Source: Thermostichus sp. DRC_bins_24 (lineage in GTDB: Bacteria; Cyanobacteriota; Cyanobacteriia; Thermostichales; Thermostichaceae). Taken from it: a stretch of 25,813 nt of DNA. Position 1 is the first letter of the stretch. The number at the start of each line of letters is the position of its first letter. A program made the position numbers and the translations under genes. Location of the stretch: NCBI GenBank assembly GCA_039794845.1, contig JAUQVK010000012.1:1-25813 (forward strand), in the 5' to 3' direction. A model generated the notes under the pieces. It was not told where the DNA came from. It did no database searches and saw only the letters and a program-made list of their open reading frames with translations. Positions 1-7,519 of this stretch are shown here, piece after piece.

Positions 1-83
1 CCAAGCAGCAGCGGGCACTGACGGTGGCGATCAAGCGGGCACGGATTATGGGCCTGCTCTACTTTGTCAACAAAGAGGGATAA
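1..83 (+). CDS. rpsR: 30S ribosomal protein S18, 3' fragment (runs off the window start)
   Basis: The frame from position 3 reads KQQRALTVAIKRARIMGLLYFVNKEG*, the S18 C-terminal signature (KxQRxLxxAIKRAR). Confidence 0.95.
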   Translation, partial: KQQRALTVAIKRARIMGLLYFVNKEG

Positions 84-147
84 CCCGCTGGGATCCTTTA
101 ACCTGCAGCATTTTATCCATCCTGCTGTGCAGACTGCCTTTGCCGAT

Positions 148-1068
148 TTATCCCCCCAGTCCTAAGCCAAATAAGGCGGCCAAAATGCCAATTCCTACTG
201 CCACTTTAGCAGCAGCTCTTAGACTTTCATTCAGCTGATGTTGCTGCTGATGTTCCTTGAGGGCCAGCAATAAAAAGAGTTGATCTTGATCGCTGAGGGA
301 ACGAATGTAACTCTCCTGCAAAGCCTGTGGAGGGAGGGACTTAAAAAAATCAATCCGCTGTCGGCAATACTGCTGCCAATTGGATTGTTGGTGCTGGTAA
401 TGCTCGGTAGCTTTTTGCCTGCGGTTCTCGGCTTCCCTGACAATTCGATTGGCTGCCTGAGCCGCTTCTGGGCTGTAGGTGGGTGAGAAAGTCAGGATTA
501 GCGCAATCGCCAGAAAAATTAACCCTAACCAACTCCAGCCAATTGCAAATAAAACAACGGCAATCCCAAAACAGGTGATAATGCCCCCTGTCAGTTCTGG
601 AAAAGTTTGAAAAACCTGACTATCCAAGTCCTTTGCCAGGATGCCAATTCCCTTCAGTTGCTCATGGGTTTGATTGCGGATCTGGTTCAGCTCCTGATCA
701 TAGTCCGCCCGCATCTGCCGCTGTTTTGCCTCTAGGGCCGCTGCCGCTTGATGGAGCCGTTCTGGGTTGAATAGCTCAGGGTGTACAAATGGCTGCGACT
801 GCGGGGGAGGAGAGGGTGGAAAAGACTGGAAACGTTGTCGCTGTTGATCGTAAGCTTGCCGTCGCTGGGGATCCCTCAGAGTTTCATAGGCTAGGTTGAG
901 GGTTTTGAATTTTTCCTCAATGTACTGACGAGCTTTTTGGGGGGTACCAGGGGGCAACTTGTCGGGGTGATATTCTTGACAAAGGGCACGGTAGGCACTC
1001 TTGATCTGATTCAAGCTGGCCTGGGGATCTACTTCAAGAATTTTGTAGTAATCTAAAAAATCCGACAT
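148..1068 (-). CDS. DnaJ (J-domain) protein with coiled coil and transmembrane segments
   Basis: N-terminal DYYKILEV...IKSAYR...YHPDK...KFKTLNLAYETLRDPQRRQAYD is a J-domain with an intact HPD motif. Hydrophobic stretches: GGIITCFGIAVVLFAIGWSWLGLIFLAIALILTF and C-terminal VAVGIGILAALFGLGLGG. Confidence 0.9.
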   Translation of the reverse strand: MSDFLDYYKILEVDPQASLNQIKSAYRALCQEYHPDKLPPGTPQKARQYIEEKFKTLNLAYETLRDPQRRQAYDQQRQRFQSFPPSPPPQSQPFVHPELFNPERLHQAAAALEAKQRQMRADYDQELNQIRNQTHEQLKGIGILAKDLDSQVFQTFPELTGGIITCFGIAVVLFAIGWSWLGLIFLAIALILTFSPTYSPEAAQAANRIVREAENRRQKATEHYQHQQSNWQQYCRQRIDFFKSLPPQALQESYIRSLSDQDQLFLLLALKEHQQQHQLNESLRAAAKVAVGIGILAALFGLGLGG

Positions 1069-1242
1069 AGATTGTCTAGAATCCCTGCTTGCCGGGGCTG
1101 AGTTCCGTCTATTTTATTCCCCAACTCCAACAGGCAGAGGTTAACTTAACTACAAAGCAATGTTTCTTAGGAACTATCGAGAGAGCTCTGGTGGCATTTA
1201 ATTTATAGTCCTTTAAATTGATAAATTGAGTTTGCAATACTT

Positions 1243-1308
1243 GCCCTCACCCCTCCTTCGCGCAGCGTGGCACTAGCCGTAACTCCTCTCATGGAGCGGG
1301 AGAGGGGC
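1243..1308. repeat. REP-like dispersed hairpin repeat (CCCTCACCCC...CCTCTC-loop-GAGAGGGG type), interrupted by a short insert
   Basis: gccctcacccc at 1243 and stem ctcctctc (1283-1290)/gagagggg (1300-1307). Resembles, from recall, a common cyanobacterial intergenic repeat. Confidence 0.55.
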
Positions 1309-1309
1309 T

Positions 1310-1480
1310 TACGGCCTTTTCCGACTTCGTGTGGACGTAACGTCTTCCCGCCGCTGACGGCTTACGCAGTCGCAGGCTTTCCAAAAGCTCTTCAGTCGCC
1401 CTCCGGCTATCTCCTTCAACCCACAAGATAACCAGGAGCCTCCAGGCCGTATTACCGACAGCCCAATCGATGGAAGGTTC
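1310..1480 (-). ncRNA. Putative omega-RNA (reRNA) scaffold plus flank-derived guide of the tnpB remnant
   Basis: Inferred from established TnpB biology: the RNA overlaps the tnpB 3' end and right-end hairpin and reads into the flank. The predicted guide begins GTCCACACGAAGTCGG. Boundaries and expression are unknown. Confidence 0.35.
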
Positions 1481-2020
1481 TTGGCCCCGTTAAAAGCCCC
1501 ATCCCCCTGCCAACCCCAATGCCCATACCCAAACCGCTTACCCCTCCGATAGGACTTATCGACATCCGGGTGAATACGCAGACATCGGTGGCACGTTTGC
1601 CCTCAAAGCCTTGTACTCAATGAACCCCCTCAACCGGTGGAACGCCCAACTGTTCAGCATTCCCCGTTGGTAATTGCCGATGGCCAACCCAAACCGCTCA
1701 CGCCCGTCAACGGTGGTGAGTGAAACTGTGCTCGCCCGGCTCCGGCAAGCCGTCCGGTCTTTTTCCCGAAACGAGAAAATCCGACTTGACCGCTTTGACC
1801 GGGCGATGCTTTTGTTTGGCCACCTTCCGAGAACCGGCGACTCCCCTGCAAACCTGTTGGGCTAAGTTGCTCGACAGGCCAAAGTGAGCGCGAATCTCGT
1901 GGTAGCAAAGGGATTGCAGCTTAAGGGCATTGACCATCTTTTTATTTCATCCCGCTGCCGGCGGCGCATTCCTCCCGATACCCCCTTGAAAGGGTAGGGT
2001 GCGGGGCTCCTGCTGCCCTG
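1337..2020 (-). mobile_element. Non-autonomous IS200/IS605-family remnant (no tnpA) with left-end and right-end hairpins
   Basis: Minus strand left-end-like sequence GGAGCCCCGCACCCTACCCTTTCAAGGGGGTATCGGGAGGAATGCG (~1965-2010). Right-end-like sequence AAAGCCTGCGACTGCGTAAGCCGTCAGCGGCGGGAAGACGTTAC (1380-1337). TnpB fragments lie between them. The left boundary is approximate. Confidence 0.75.
1400..1940 (-). pseudogene. tnpB: TnpB (RNA-guided endonuclease) pseudogene with several deletions and frameshifts
   Basis: Fragments in three frames: MVNALKLQSLCYHEIRAHFGLSSNLAQQVCR...; RIFSFREKD...VSLTTVDGRERFGLAIGNYQRGML|NSWAFHRLRGFIEYKA; TCHRCLRIHP...GKRFGYGHWGWQGDGAFNGAKN. The RuvC-I (GVDLG) and RuvC-II (EDL) motifs are absent. 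Confidence 0.9.
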
Positions 2021-2234
2021 GCTGACTTCAAGGAGTGTTGGCCTGAGTATGTGGAACTGGGCAGTCATGCCCTCTAAGCTACCGTGAAACGGGTAGATTT
2101 TGCGTTTAAGCGATTCTGCAAAGGTTTAGGTGGCTACCCAAGGCAATTCGGCACTACTCAGGGTGGACATTTCCTGATGGCCAGAGTTGGAAGGCGTTGA
2201 CTAACGGAAAGCATGGTCAGGAACAAGACTGAGG

Positions 2235-3056
2235 TTATTGGGGTATTGGGATCCCACTCACCCCCAATTGGTGACGACGACTGGGGTAGTCGGCAAGGCT
2301 CACGGACACCGACCGGGATCCGGCCAAGCTGGAAGTGGGGATACGGATAGTGCCCTGAAACACTTGCCCATTGGGGGGGAGTTCTCCGGGCAATCCCTGG
2401 GTGAGGGCATTGATGGCCCGGCCGTTGTCGTCGGTGATGTTCATGAAGCTGTAGAGGAAGCGCACCGTCTCCGCTGAGTTGTTTTGCATTGCCACATCCA
2501 AAATTACCTGAGCTCCCTCTCGACGGGCAGAAAGCACCTGCATGGAGACCTGCCCGCTGTTGGCAATTCGTTGGGGAGGCGGCGTCGGCACCACCGGGGT
2601 GGGGGTGGGAGGGGGCGGCGGGGTGGGGGTGGCCACCACCGGCGTGGGGGTAGGAGGTGGGGTGGCCGCCAACTCGGGGGACAGGCTCGGGGTGGGCGTG
2701 GGGGTCGGGGTGGCCACCGGCGTGGGAGGTGGGGTAGCCAGAGGGGTGGGGGTGGGGGCGGGCCTCAGACTGGCTTCGGCTGCTGCGATCACCTGAGCTT
2801 CATTCACCAGGGGAACCGTGCGGGGATCGCGAACTTGGCCGCGGGTGCCGGCATTGCCGGACTGAGTAACCGGAGAAGAGACTCCCGAGAGGGCCCGTTG
2901 GCCGAACAGATAACCCAGACAGGCACTCAACACCGCTGTGAAGAGAAAGGCACTCAGCCAAAACAGCACTCCAGAGAGAGTGGAGGTGAGATCCCGCGAT
3001 GGTCTGGTCCGGTTCCTCAACAGAGGTCGACTCCTGTGACTGGCTGCTCTACCCAT
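2235..3056 (-). CDS. Conserved cyanobacterial membrane-anchored protein with Pro/Thr linker and C-terminal beta-sandwich-like domain
   Basis: One TM helix (GVLFWLSAFLFTAVLSACLGYLFG), a long PTPT linker, then VRFLYSFMNITDDNGR...LADYP. Confidence 0.8.
   Translation of the reverse strand: MGRAASHRSRPLLRNRTRPSRDLTSTLSGVLFWLSAFLFTAVLSACLGYLFGQRALSGVSSPVTQSGNAGTRGQVRDPRTVPLVNEAQVIAAAEASLRPAPTPTPLATPPPTPVATPTPTPTPSLSPELAATPPPTPTPVVATPTPPPPPTPTPVVPTPPPQRIANSGQVSMQVLSARREGAQVILDVAMQNNSAETVRFLYSFMNITDDNGRAINALTQGLPGELPPNGQVFQGTIRIPTSSLAGSRSVSVSLADYPSRRHQLGVSGIPIPQ
2578..2760 (-). repeat. Low-complexity Pro-Thr coding repeats
   Basis: Repeated ATPPPTPV/PTPTP units; gccaccggcgtggg-like DNA units recur. 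Confidence 0.8.
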
Positions 3057-3075
3057 CTACCCATGATACGAAAGG

Positions 3076-3330
3076 TTAAGGGCCCTCGGCTGAAGCGGAG
3101 TTTTTGCGCTGTTGCTGACGGGCTCGTAGGGTAGTGGGATCCAAGTTGGGCAATCGCTCCCCGAGCCACCAACCCGGATCTTCCCAAGTGAGGGATCCCA
3201 GCCATTTCCCCGCCCGATCCGCCAACACCAATCCCAACAGAAGTGGAGCAGTGGTCAAGCTCAACGCCAGGCTGATCCAGGCAGGCTGAGCGGATTTTGG
3301 CGCAGGAAAAGTCCCCTTGGGCTCCTTCAT
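3076..3330 (-). CDS. Small conserved hypothetical membrane protein
   Basis: LSLTTAPLLLGLV and GERLPxL motifs; co-oriented 19 bp upstream of the PT-rich gene. Confidence 0.7.
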   Translation of the reverse strand: MKEPKGTFPAPKSAQPAWISLALSLTTAPLLLGLVLADRAGKWLGSLTWEDPGWWLGERLPNLDPTTLRARQQQRKNSASAEGP

Positions 3331-3378
3331 GGTCGGGCTCTCGCTACCCTAGTGTGAATTGGTTCCATCCTAACCCTG

Positions 3379-3948
3379 ATGTCGATTGTGCTCATCTGTG
3401 GCCCCGTTCGCTCCGGCAAAAGTCGGTTGGCAGAGAAGCTCGCTGCTGCCTCGGATCTCGCGGTCATTTATCTGGCTACCGGGCCAAAGGTCGATCCCAT
3501 CGCCGATCCGGAGTGGGCAGAGCGGATCCGGCAGCATCGGCAACGGCGGCCCAGCAGTTGGCCAACCTGGGAAACGGGCCTGGATTTGAGTGCGGAACTG
3601 GAGAAGTTGCCGCAGCCCTGTTGTGCTCTGGTGGATTCGTTGGGGGGCTGGGTAGCCCAGGGGTTGGAGATCTCTTCTGAGGAATGGGATCCCTTGGTGC
3701 GCTCTTTTCTGGCCAGTTTGGAATGCTGCACAGGAGAGGTGATCTTGGTCTCGGAAGAGGTGGGCTGGGGAGTGGTGCCCGCTTACCCCATGGGGCGCTT
3801 GTTTCGGGATCGGCTGGGAGAATTGACCCAGAATCTGGCAACGGTGGCGGATCAGGTGTTTTTGGTAACGGCGGGTTTTGCCCTCGAACTGAGCTGCCTT
3901 GGGATCCCGGTGGATCGGGTGGGGTGGGATGCGGCGAAGCTGCGTTAA
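3379..3948 (+). CDS. cobU: Bifunctional adenosylcobinamide kinase / adenosylcobinamide-phosphate guanylyltransferase
   Basis: GPVRSGKSRLAE P-loop, YLATG, EWAERIRQHRQRRP, LVDSLG, VSEEVGWGVVP, GRLFRDRLG. Confidence 0.96.
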   Translation: MSIVLICGPVRSGKSRLAEKLAAASDLAVIYLATGPKVDPIADPEWAERIRQHRQRRPSSWPTWETGLDLSAELEKLPQPCCALVDSLGGWVAQGLEISSEEWDPLVRSFLASLECCTGEVILVSEEVGWGVVPAYPMGRLFRDRLGELTQNLATVADQVFLVTAGFALELSCLGIPVDRVGWDAAKLR

Positions 3949-4034
3949 GCTGCAAAAAGCTGATATGTCGGCGGGATGAGGGTTTTGGCAAAGCTCTGAC
4001 CCGCCTGAACCTGTGGAAAGACGGCCCTGCAGTT

Positions 4035-4529
4035 GTGCCCATCCCCTTCTACCTTTCCGCCAAAGCGATCCAAACCCTGGATTTGACGCCGGGCCATGAC
4101 TTGATGCGGACCTTGATGGCGGATCCCGCCCGGGCTGCCCAGCAGGTGCAGTGTGTGATCGACTATCCCCGTAGCCCTGAGGATCCGCGGGAATTGTCGG
4201 AGATCCCGGAGGTGCGCCTGTGGTTTATCCGCTGGGATACGGTTTATCCCTGGCTGCCCTATTTTCTCGACTGGCGTCGCGGGGAACTGGCTCGCTACGC
4301 CGCCATGTTGGTGCCTCATCAATTCAATCCCCGCGAGGGGATCCTCTACAATCCGGAGGCGCTGGAGATTTTCGTCTACCAGAAAATCTTTGTGTTGATG
4401 CGGTGGTTTAAGCAGCAGCAACTGGGCTCGGTTTCCACACTGCGGGATATGGCCTTGGTGTTTGGCTTTGAGATTCAGCCGGAGTTTTTCGCCCTTTGGG
4501 AGGCTGAGTCTGGGGGGCCGGAGCCATGA
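4035..4529 (+). CDS. crr6: CRR6-family NDH-1 (NdhI) maturation factor, DUF1817
   Basis: IDYPRSPEDPRELSEIPEVRLWFIR.D..YPWLPYFLDW..GELARYAAMLVPHQF...EGI.YNPEALEIFV. The start is placed at GTG 4035 because the track's 3684 start overlaps cobU. Confidence 0.92.
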   Translation: MPIPFYLSAKAIQTLDLTPGHDLMRTLMADPARAAQQVQCVIDYPRSPEDPRELSEIPEVRLWFIRWDTVYPWLPYFLDWRRGELARYAAMLVPHQFNPREGILYNPEALEIFVYQKIFVLMRWFKQQQLGSVSTLRDMALVFGFEIQPEFFALWEAESGGPEP

Positions 4530-5110
4530 GGGTGATGGTGGCGGGCACCTGGGTGGGGCCTGGGATCCCGGCGGCAACGGCAGTCGCCAGCGCTTGGCAG
4601 CAGGTGATGCCGCGCCCCTATAGCTTGCTCGCGGTGGATTCTACCCCTTCAGAGGCGCAGTTGAAGACCCTCTGGCAGCAGATCTCGGCTTGGGAAGGGG
4701 AGAAGATGGGGCAGGAACTGGTGCATAAGCAGCCGCTGCTGGTTTTGGCAGGCAGCCTCGCCGAGCCGATTGGGCCAGGCCAAACCTGGGCAGATCTGGC
4801 CAAAGCTTGGGGCTTTACCTTGCTGCTGACGGTGCCGCGGGGGGGAGCCCTGAGCCAAGCAACCGCTTTTGCTGCCCTCCTTCGCCAGGCCAAGGCCCAC
4901 TGTTTGGGCTGGGTGTTGCTGGGATCCCCCCCCGAATCTTGTGGGCCGGAGCCCGGTTCCCCTTGGGATCCGCAAATGCTGGCGGAGCTGGACTCGACGC
5001 TGGCCGCGAACCTAGAAGCCCAGCTAGGTCTGCCGGTCTTGGGGAGAATGACCCTGGAGGGGGAGATCCTCTGGGATACAGATTTCCTAGAACAATTCGG
5101 CTATACCTAG
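4526..5110 (+). CDS. Degenerate dethiobiotin-synthase-like (BioD fold) protein
   Basis: The C-terminal half (TWADLAKAWGFTLLLTVP..GALSQATAFAALLRQAKAHCLGWVL...LPVLG) parallels cyanobacterial BioD, but the N-terminal P-loop reads GTWVGPGIP with no GKT. ATGA overlap with crr6. Confidence 0.65.
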   Translation: MRVMVAGTWVGPGIPAATAVASAWQQVMPRPYSLLAVDSTPSEAQLKTLWQQISAWEGEKMGQELVHKQPLLVLAGSLAEPIGPGQTWADLAKAWGFTLLLTVPRGGALSQATAFAALLRQAKAHCLGWVLLGSPPESCGPEPGSPWDPQMLAELDSTLAANLEAQLGLPVLGRMTLEGEILWDTDFLEQFGYT

Positions 5111-5140
5111 GCAAGGCTTTGTTTTCAAGGTCTGGCTGCC

Positions 5141-5905
5141 ATGTCCCCCTCGCTACTCTCCCCCTCCTCCACCGCCCAAGGCCTGACGGAAGCCGAACTG
5201 CGCCAACAGCTAGCGGCCTGTTATCGGCTGATTGCCCGCTTTGGGATGGACGATCTGGTCTACACCCACATTTCCGTGCGGGTGCCGGGGCCAGAGGATC
5301 ACTTTCTGATCAACCCGTTTGGCCTGCTGTTTGAGGAGATCACCGCTTCTAGCCTGGTCAAGATCGATGCCGATGGGCAAATCGTGGAGCCCGGTCCCTG
5401 GCCGGTCAACCCCGCTGGCTTTGTTATTCACAGCGCCATCCACAGTGCTCGTCCCGATATCTGTTGCGTGCTGCACACCCACACCACCGCCGGGATGGCG
5501 GTTGCCGCTTTGTCAGAGGGGTTGCTGCCGATCAGCCAATTTGCCCTGCAGTTTTACGGCCATCTCGCCTACCACGACTACGAAGGGATCGCCCTTGATT
5601 TGGCCGAACGGGAACGGTTAACTGCCGATTTGGGATCCCACCACAGCCTGATCCTGCGCAATCACGGCTTGCTCACCGTCGGGCGCACCATTCCGGAAGC
5701 CTTCGTGCGCATGTACTACCTGGAGCAATCCTGTCGCATCCAGATCGCCGCCCAATCTACTGGTTCCCCGCTGCTCATTCCTCCGGCCCAAGTTTGTGAA
5801 CGTACCGCCCGGCAGTTCGAGCGGGGGGGCGGCCCTATCGGGGAACGGGAATGGCAAGCCCTGATCCGCAAGTTGGATCGAGAGGATCCCTCTTACCGAG
5901 ACTGA
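5141..5905 (+). CDS. Class II aldolase/adducin family protein
   Basis: DLVYTHISVRVPG, FLINPFGLLFEEITASSLVKID, GFVIHSAIH, VLHTHT and LRNHG metal-binding motifs. Confidence 0.93.
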   Translation: MSPSLLSPSSTAQGLTEAELRQQLAACYRLIARFGMDDLVYTHISVRVPGPEDHFLINPFGLLFEEITASSLVKIDADGQIVEPGPWPVNPAGFVIHSAIHSARPDICCVLHTHTTAGMAVAALSEGLLPISQFALQFYGHLAYHDYEGIALDLAERERLTADLGSHHSLILRNHGLLTVGRTIPEAFVRMYYLEQSCRIQIAAQSTGSPLLIPPAQVCERTARQFERGGGPIGEREWQALIRKLDREDPSYRD

Positions 5906-5965
5906 GCCAAGACTGAGGGGGATTCTTTGCCACGCTCCGCAGGGCCGGGAGCCTGGCTGGCGCCC

Positions 5966-7096
5966 TCAGAAGCGGTACACCGGCAAGGTGAAGTGGAAGC
6001 TGCTGCCTTCGCCGGGGGCCGACTCCACCCAGATCTGCCCGTAGTGGGCCCGTAAAATCCGTCGACACAGGGATAGGCCAATGCCATAGCCCTCTTGCTG
6101 CTGATCCCGCAACAGGCGTACCGAATCCGAGAAGATGTTCTCTTGGTCGGCTGCAGGGATCCCCGGACCTGTATCGCTGACGGTCACCTGAACCTTTTGG
6201 CTGGTGCGGTGTAAAGCGTTGAGGCGAATGGATCCCTGGGCAGGGGTATATTTGATGGCGTTGTCCAACAGATTGAACAGCACCTGGCGAATCTTATCGG
6301 GATCCACCTGCACCGAAGGCAGATCCGCCGGAATATCCGATTGAAACTGCAGCTGCTTGGCCTGGATACGTGGCCACAGCTCCTCAACGACCGACTGACA
6401 TAGACCGGGCAACTGGGTTTCTACAGCTTGAATCCTCAACTCCGAAGCGGTGCCACGGGCGGACTCCAGGATGTCAGTGATCATGCTATCCATCTTGCGC
6501 AGTTGCTGGCGGGCATGCTCGAACAGCTGCCGTTCCAGCTCTTTGTCCAGGGATCCCGCGGGATCCCGCCCCTGTTGTAAGGTTTCTACGGCCAAAGCGG
6601 TGGCGGTCAGCGGGCTGCGCAAATCGTGAACCAACATTGCCAGGATGCGGTCTTTAAAATGCAGCTGCTCCCGCAGTTGGGCCCGCTCCTGTCGCAGCGA
6701 AAACACCTCCTCCGACATCTGCAGCAGCGCTTCGGTGGTCGGGGGAGGGCTGGGATCCTGCCCGGCATTCTCTTGGCTGGAGACCAAAGCCACTTGCCCT
6801 TGCCAACGGGGCCACCACACTTCCAGTTGTGTCGCCAAGTCTGCACCCGCCAAAACCTGGGCGGGCAAAGGCTCGGCCTTCACCAGAGCCGGAGTCACCA
6901 CCAACTTGTAATGCTCCGCCAGATAGGGGTGTTCCTCCAGCGGCACCACTTCCAACTGAGCAGGGTACTGGCCGGGCAACCCCTGGATGTGCCGACGCAG
7001 TTGCTCCGCAAGTTCAGCAATACTGGCTTGGCTCTTGGCGAACAACAACAGGCGAATGCCGGAACGAGTGGAGGTGCGATTTAACGAAGTTTGCAT
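5966..7096 (-). CDS. sasA: Adaptive-response sensory kinase SasA (KaiC-binding clock output histidine kinase)
   Basis: N-terminal KaiB-like domain (HPYLAEHYKLVVTPALVK..P.P.QVLAG...WWPRWQ), H-box HDLRSPLTA, NLLDNAIKYT, LHRTSQKVQVTVSDTGPGIP, GYGIGL. Confidence 0.95.
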   Translation of the reverse strand: MQTSLNRTSTRSGIRLLLFAKSQASIAELAEQLRRHIQGLPGQYPAQLEVVPLEEHPYLAEHYKLVVTPALVKAEPLPAQVLAGADLATQLEVWWPRWQGQVALVSSQENAGQDPSPPPTTEALLQMSEEVFSLRQERAQLREQLHFKDRILAMLVHDLRSPLTATALAVETLQQGRDPAGSLDKELERQLFEHARQQLRKMDSMITDILESARGTASELRIQAVETQLPGLCQSVVEELWPRIQAKQLQFQSDIPADLPSVQVDPDKIRQVLFNLLDNAIKYTPAQGSIRLNALHRTSQKVQVTVSDTGPGIPAADQENIFSDSVRLLRDQQQEGYGIGLSLCRRILRAHYGQIWVESAPGEGSSFHFTLPVYRF

Positions 7097-7233
7097 AGGC
7101 CAAAAGCAGAAGAGCCAGAGGTCGGCATCTCGATCAGCAGGGAGAGGTGTAGGTTGCGGGAACTATTCCCATTCGTTCTCTTCATCCTTGCTAACACCTA
7201 ACCTTAGGGAAAACTTAAAAAGCGTCACTGAAT

Positions 7234-7247
7234 GTAATATGGAATAC
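7234..7247. promoter_or_regulatory. Candidate NtcA-binding site upstream of sasA
   Basis: GTA-ATATGGAA-TAC matches GTA-N8-TAC exactly, in an AT-rich intergenic region 137 bp upstream of the sasA start. Confidence 0.45.
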
Positions 7248-7309
7248 CTTTGGAGTACTCTTCCTTGGCTCCGCTCTGGCTGCTCGCCCGGCTGGCCGGC
7301 GAAAATCGG

Positions 7310-7519
7310 TTAGCGAAAGACAAAGGCCAGCCCCACCAAGATGCCGATCAAACCCAGCGAGGTGAGGGTGAAATGAAGCAGGGAGGTTCTGCCTTTGCGC
7401 ACCATGTTGCGCATGGCCAGACGGGTATAGCTCAGCTGCGGGGCGGCAGGGGAAGCCTGGGGCTCCGCATCAGAAGAAGCAGGCTGCAACATCAGGAGGT
7501 CTGTCGGTGAGGCGTTCAC
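7310..7519 (-). CDS. DUF3285 family small membrane protein
   Basis: SYTRLAMRNMVRKGRTSLLHFTLTSLGLIGILVGLAF signature. Confidence 0.88.
   Translation of the reverse strand: MNASPTDLLMLQPASSDAEPQASPAAPQLSYTRLAMRNMVRKGRTSLLHFTLTSLGLIGILVGLAFVFR

Noticed and set aside
1140..1153. GTT-N8-TAC as an NtcA site upstream of the J-domain gene
   Set aside because: Mismatched site in AT-rich DNA; likely chance.
1862..2068. 68 aa ORF as the TnpB N-terminus or a TnpA
   Set aside because: No HUH or serine-recombinase motif; it reads through the left-end hairpin.
2160..2235. Possible glutamine riboswitch (cgttg...cggaa)
   Set aside because: The required stems and GGAAGTA core are missing, and there is no downstream gene in that orientation.
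2578..2760. Repeats as a possible CRISPR array
   Set aside because: They are in-frame coding repeats with no unique spacers and no cas genes nearby.
2484..3134. Gly/Arg-rich and GVGV-repeat ORFs on the + strand
   Set aside because: Antisense shadows of the Pro-Thr linker of the minus-strand gene.
3684..4034. Long N-terminal extension of CRR6
   Set aside because: It overlaps cobU in another frame; family similarity starts near 4035.
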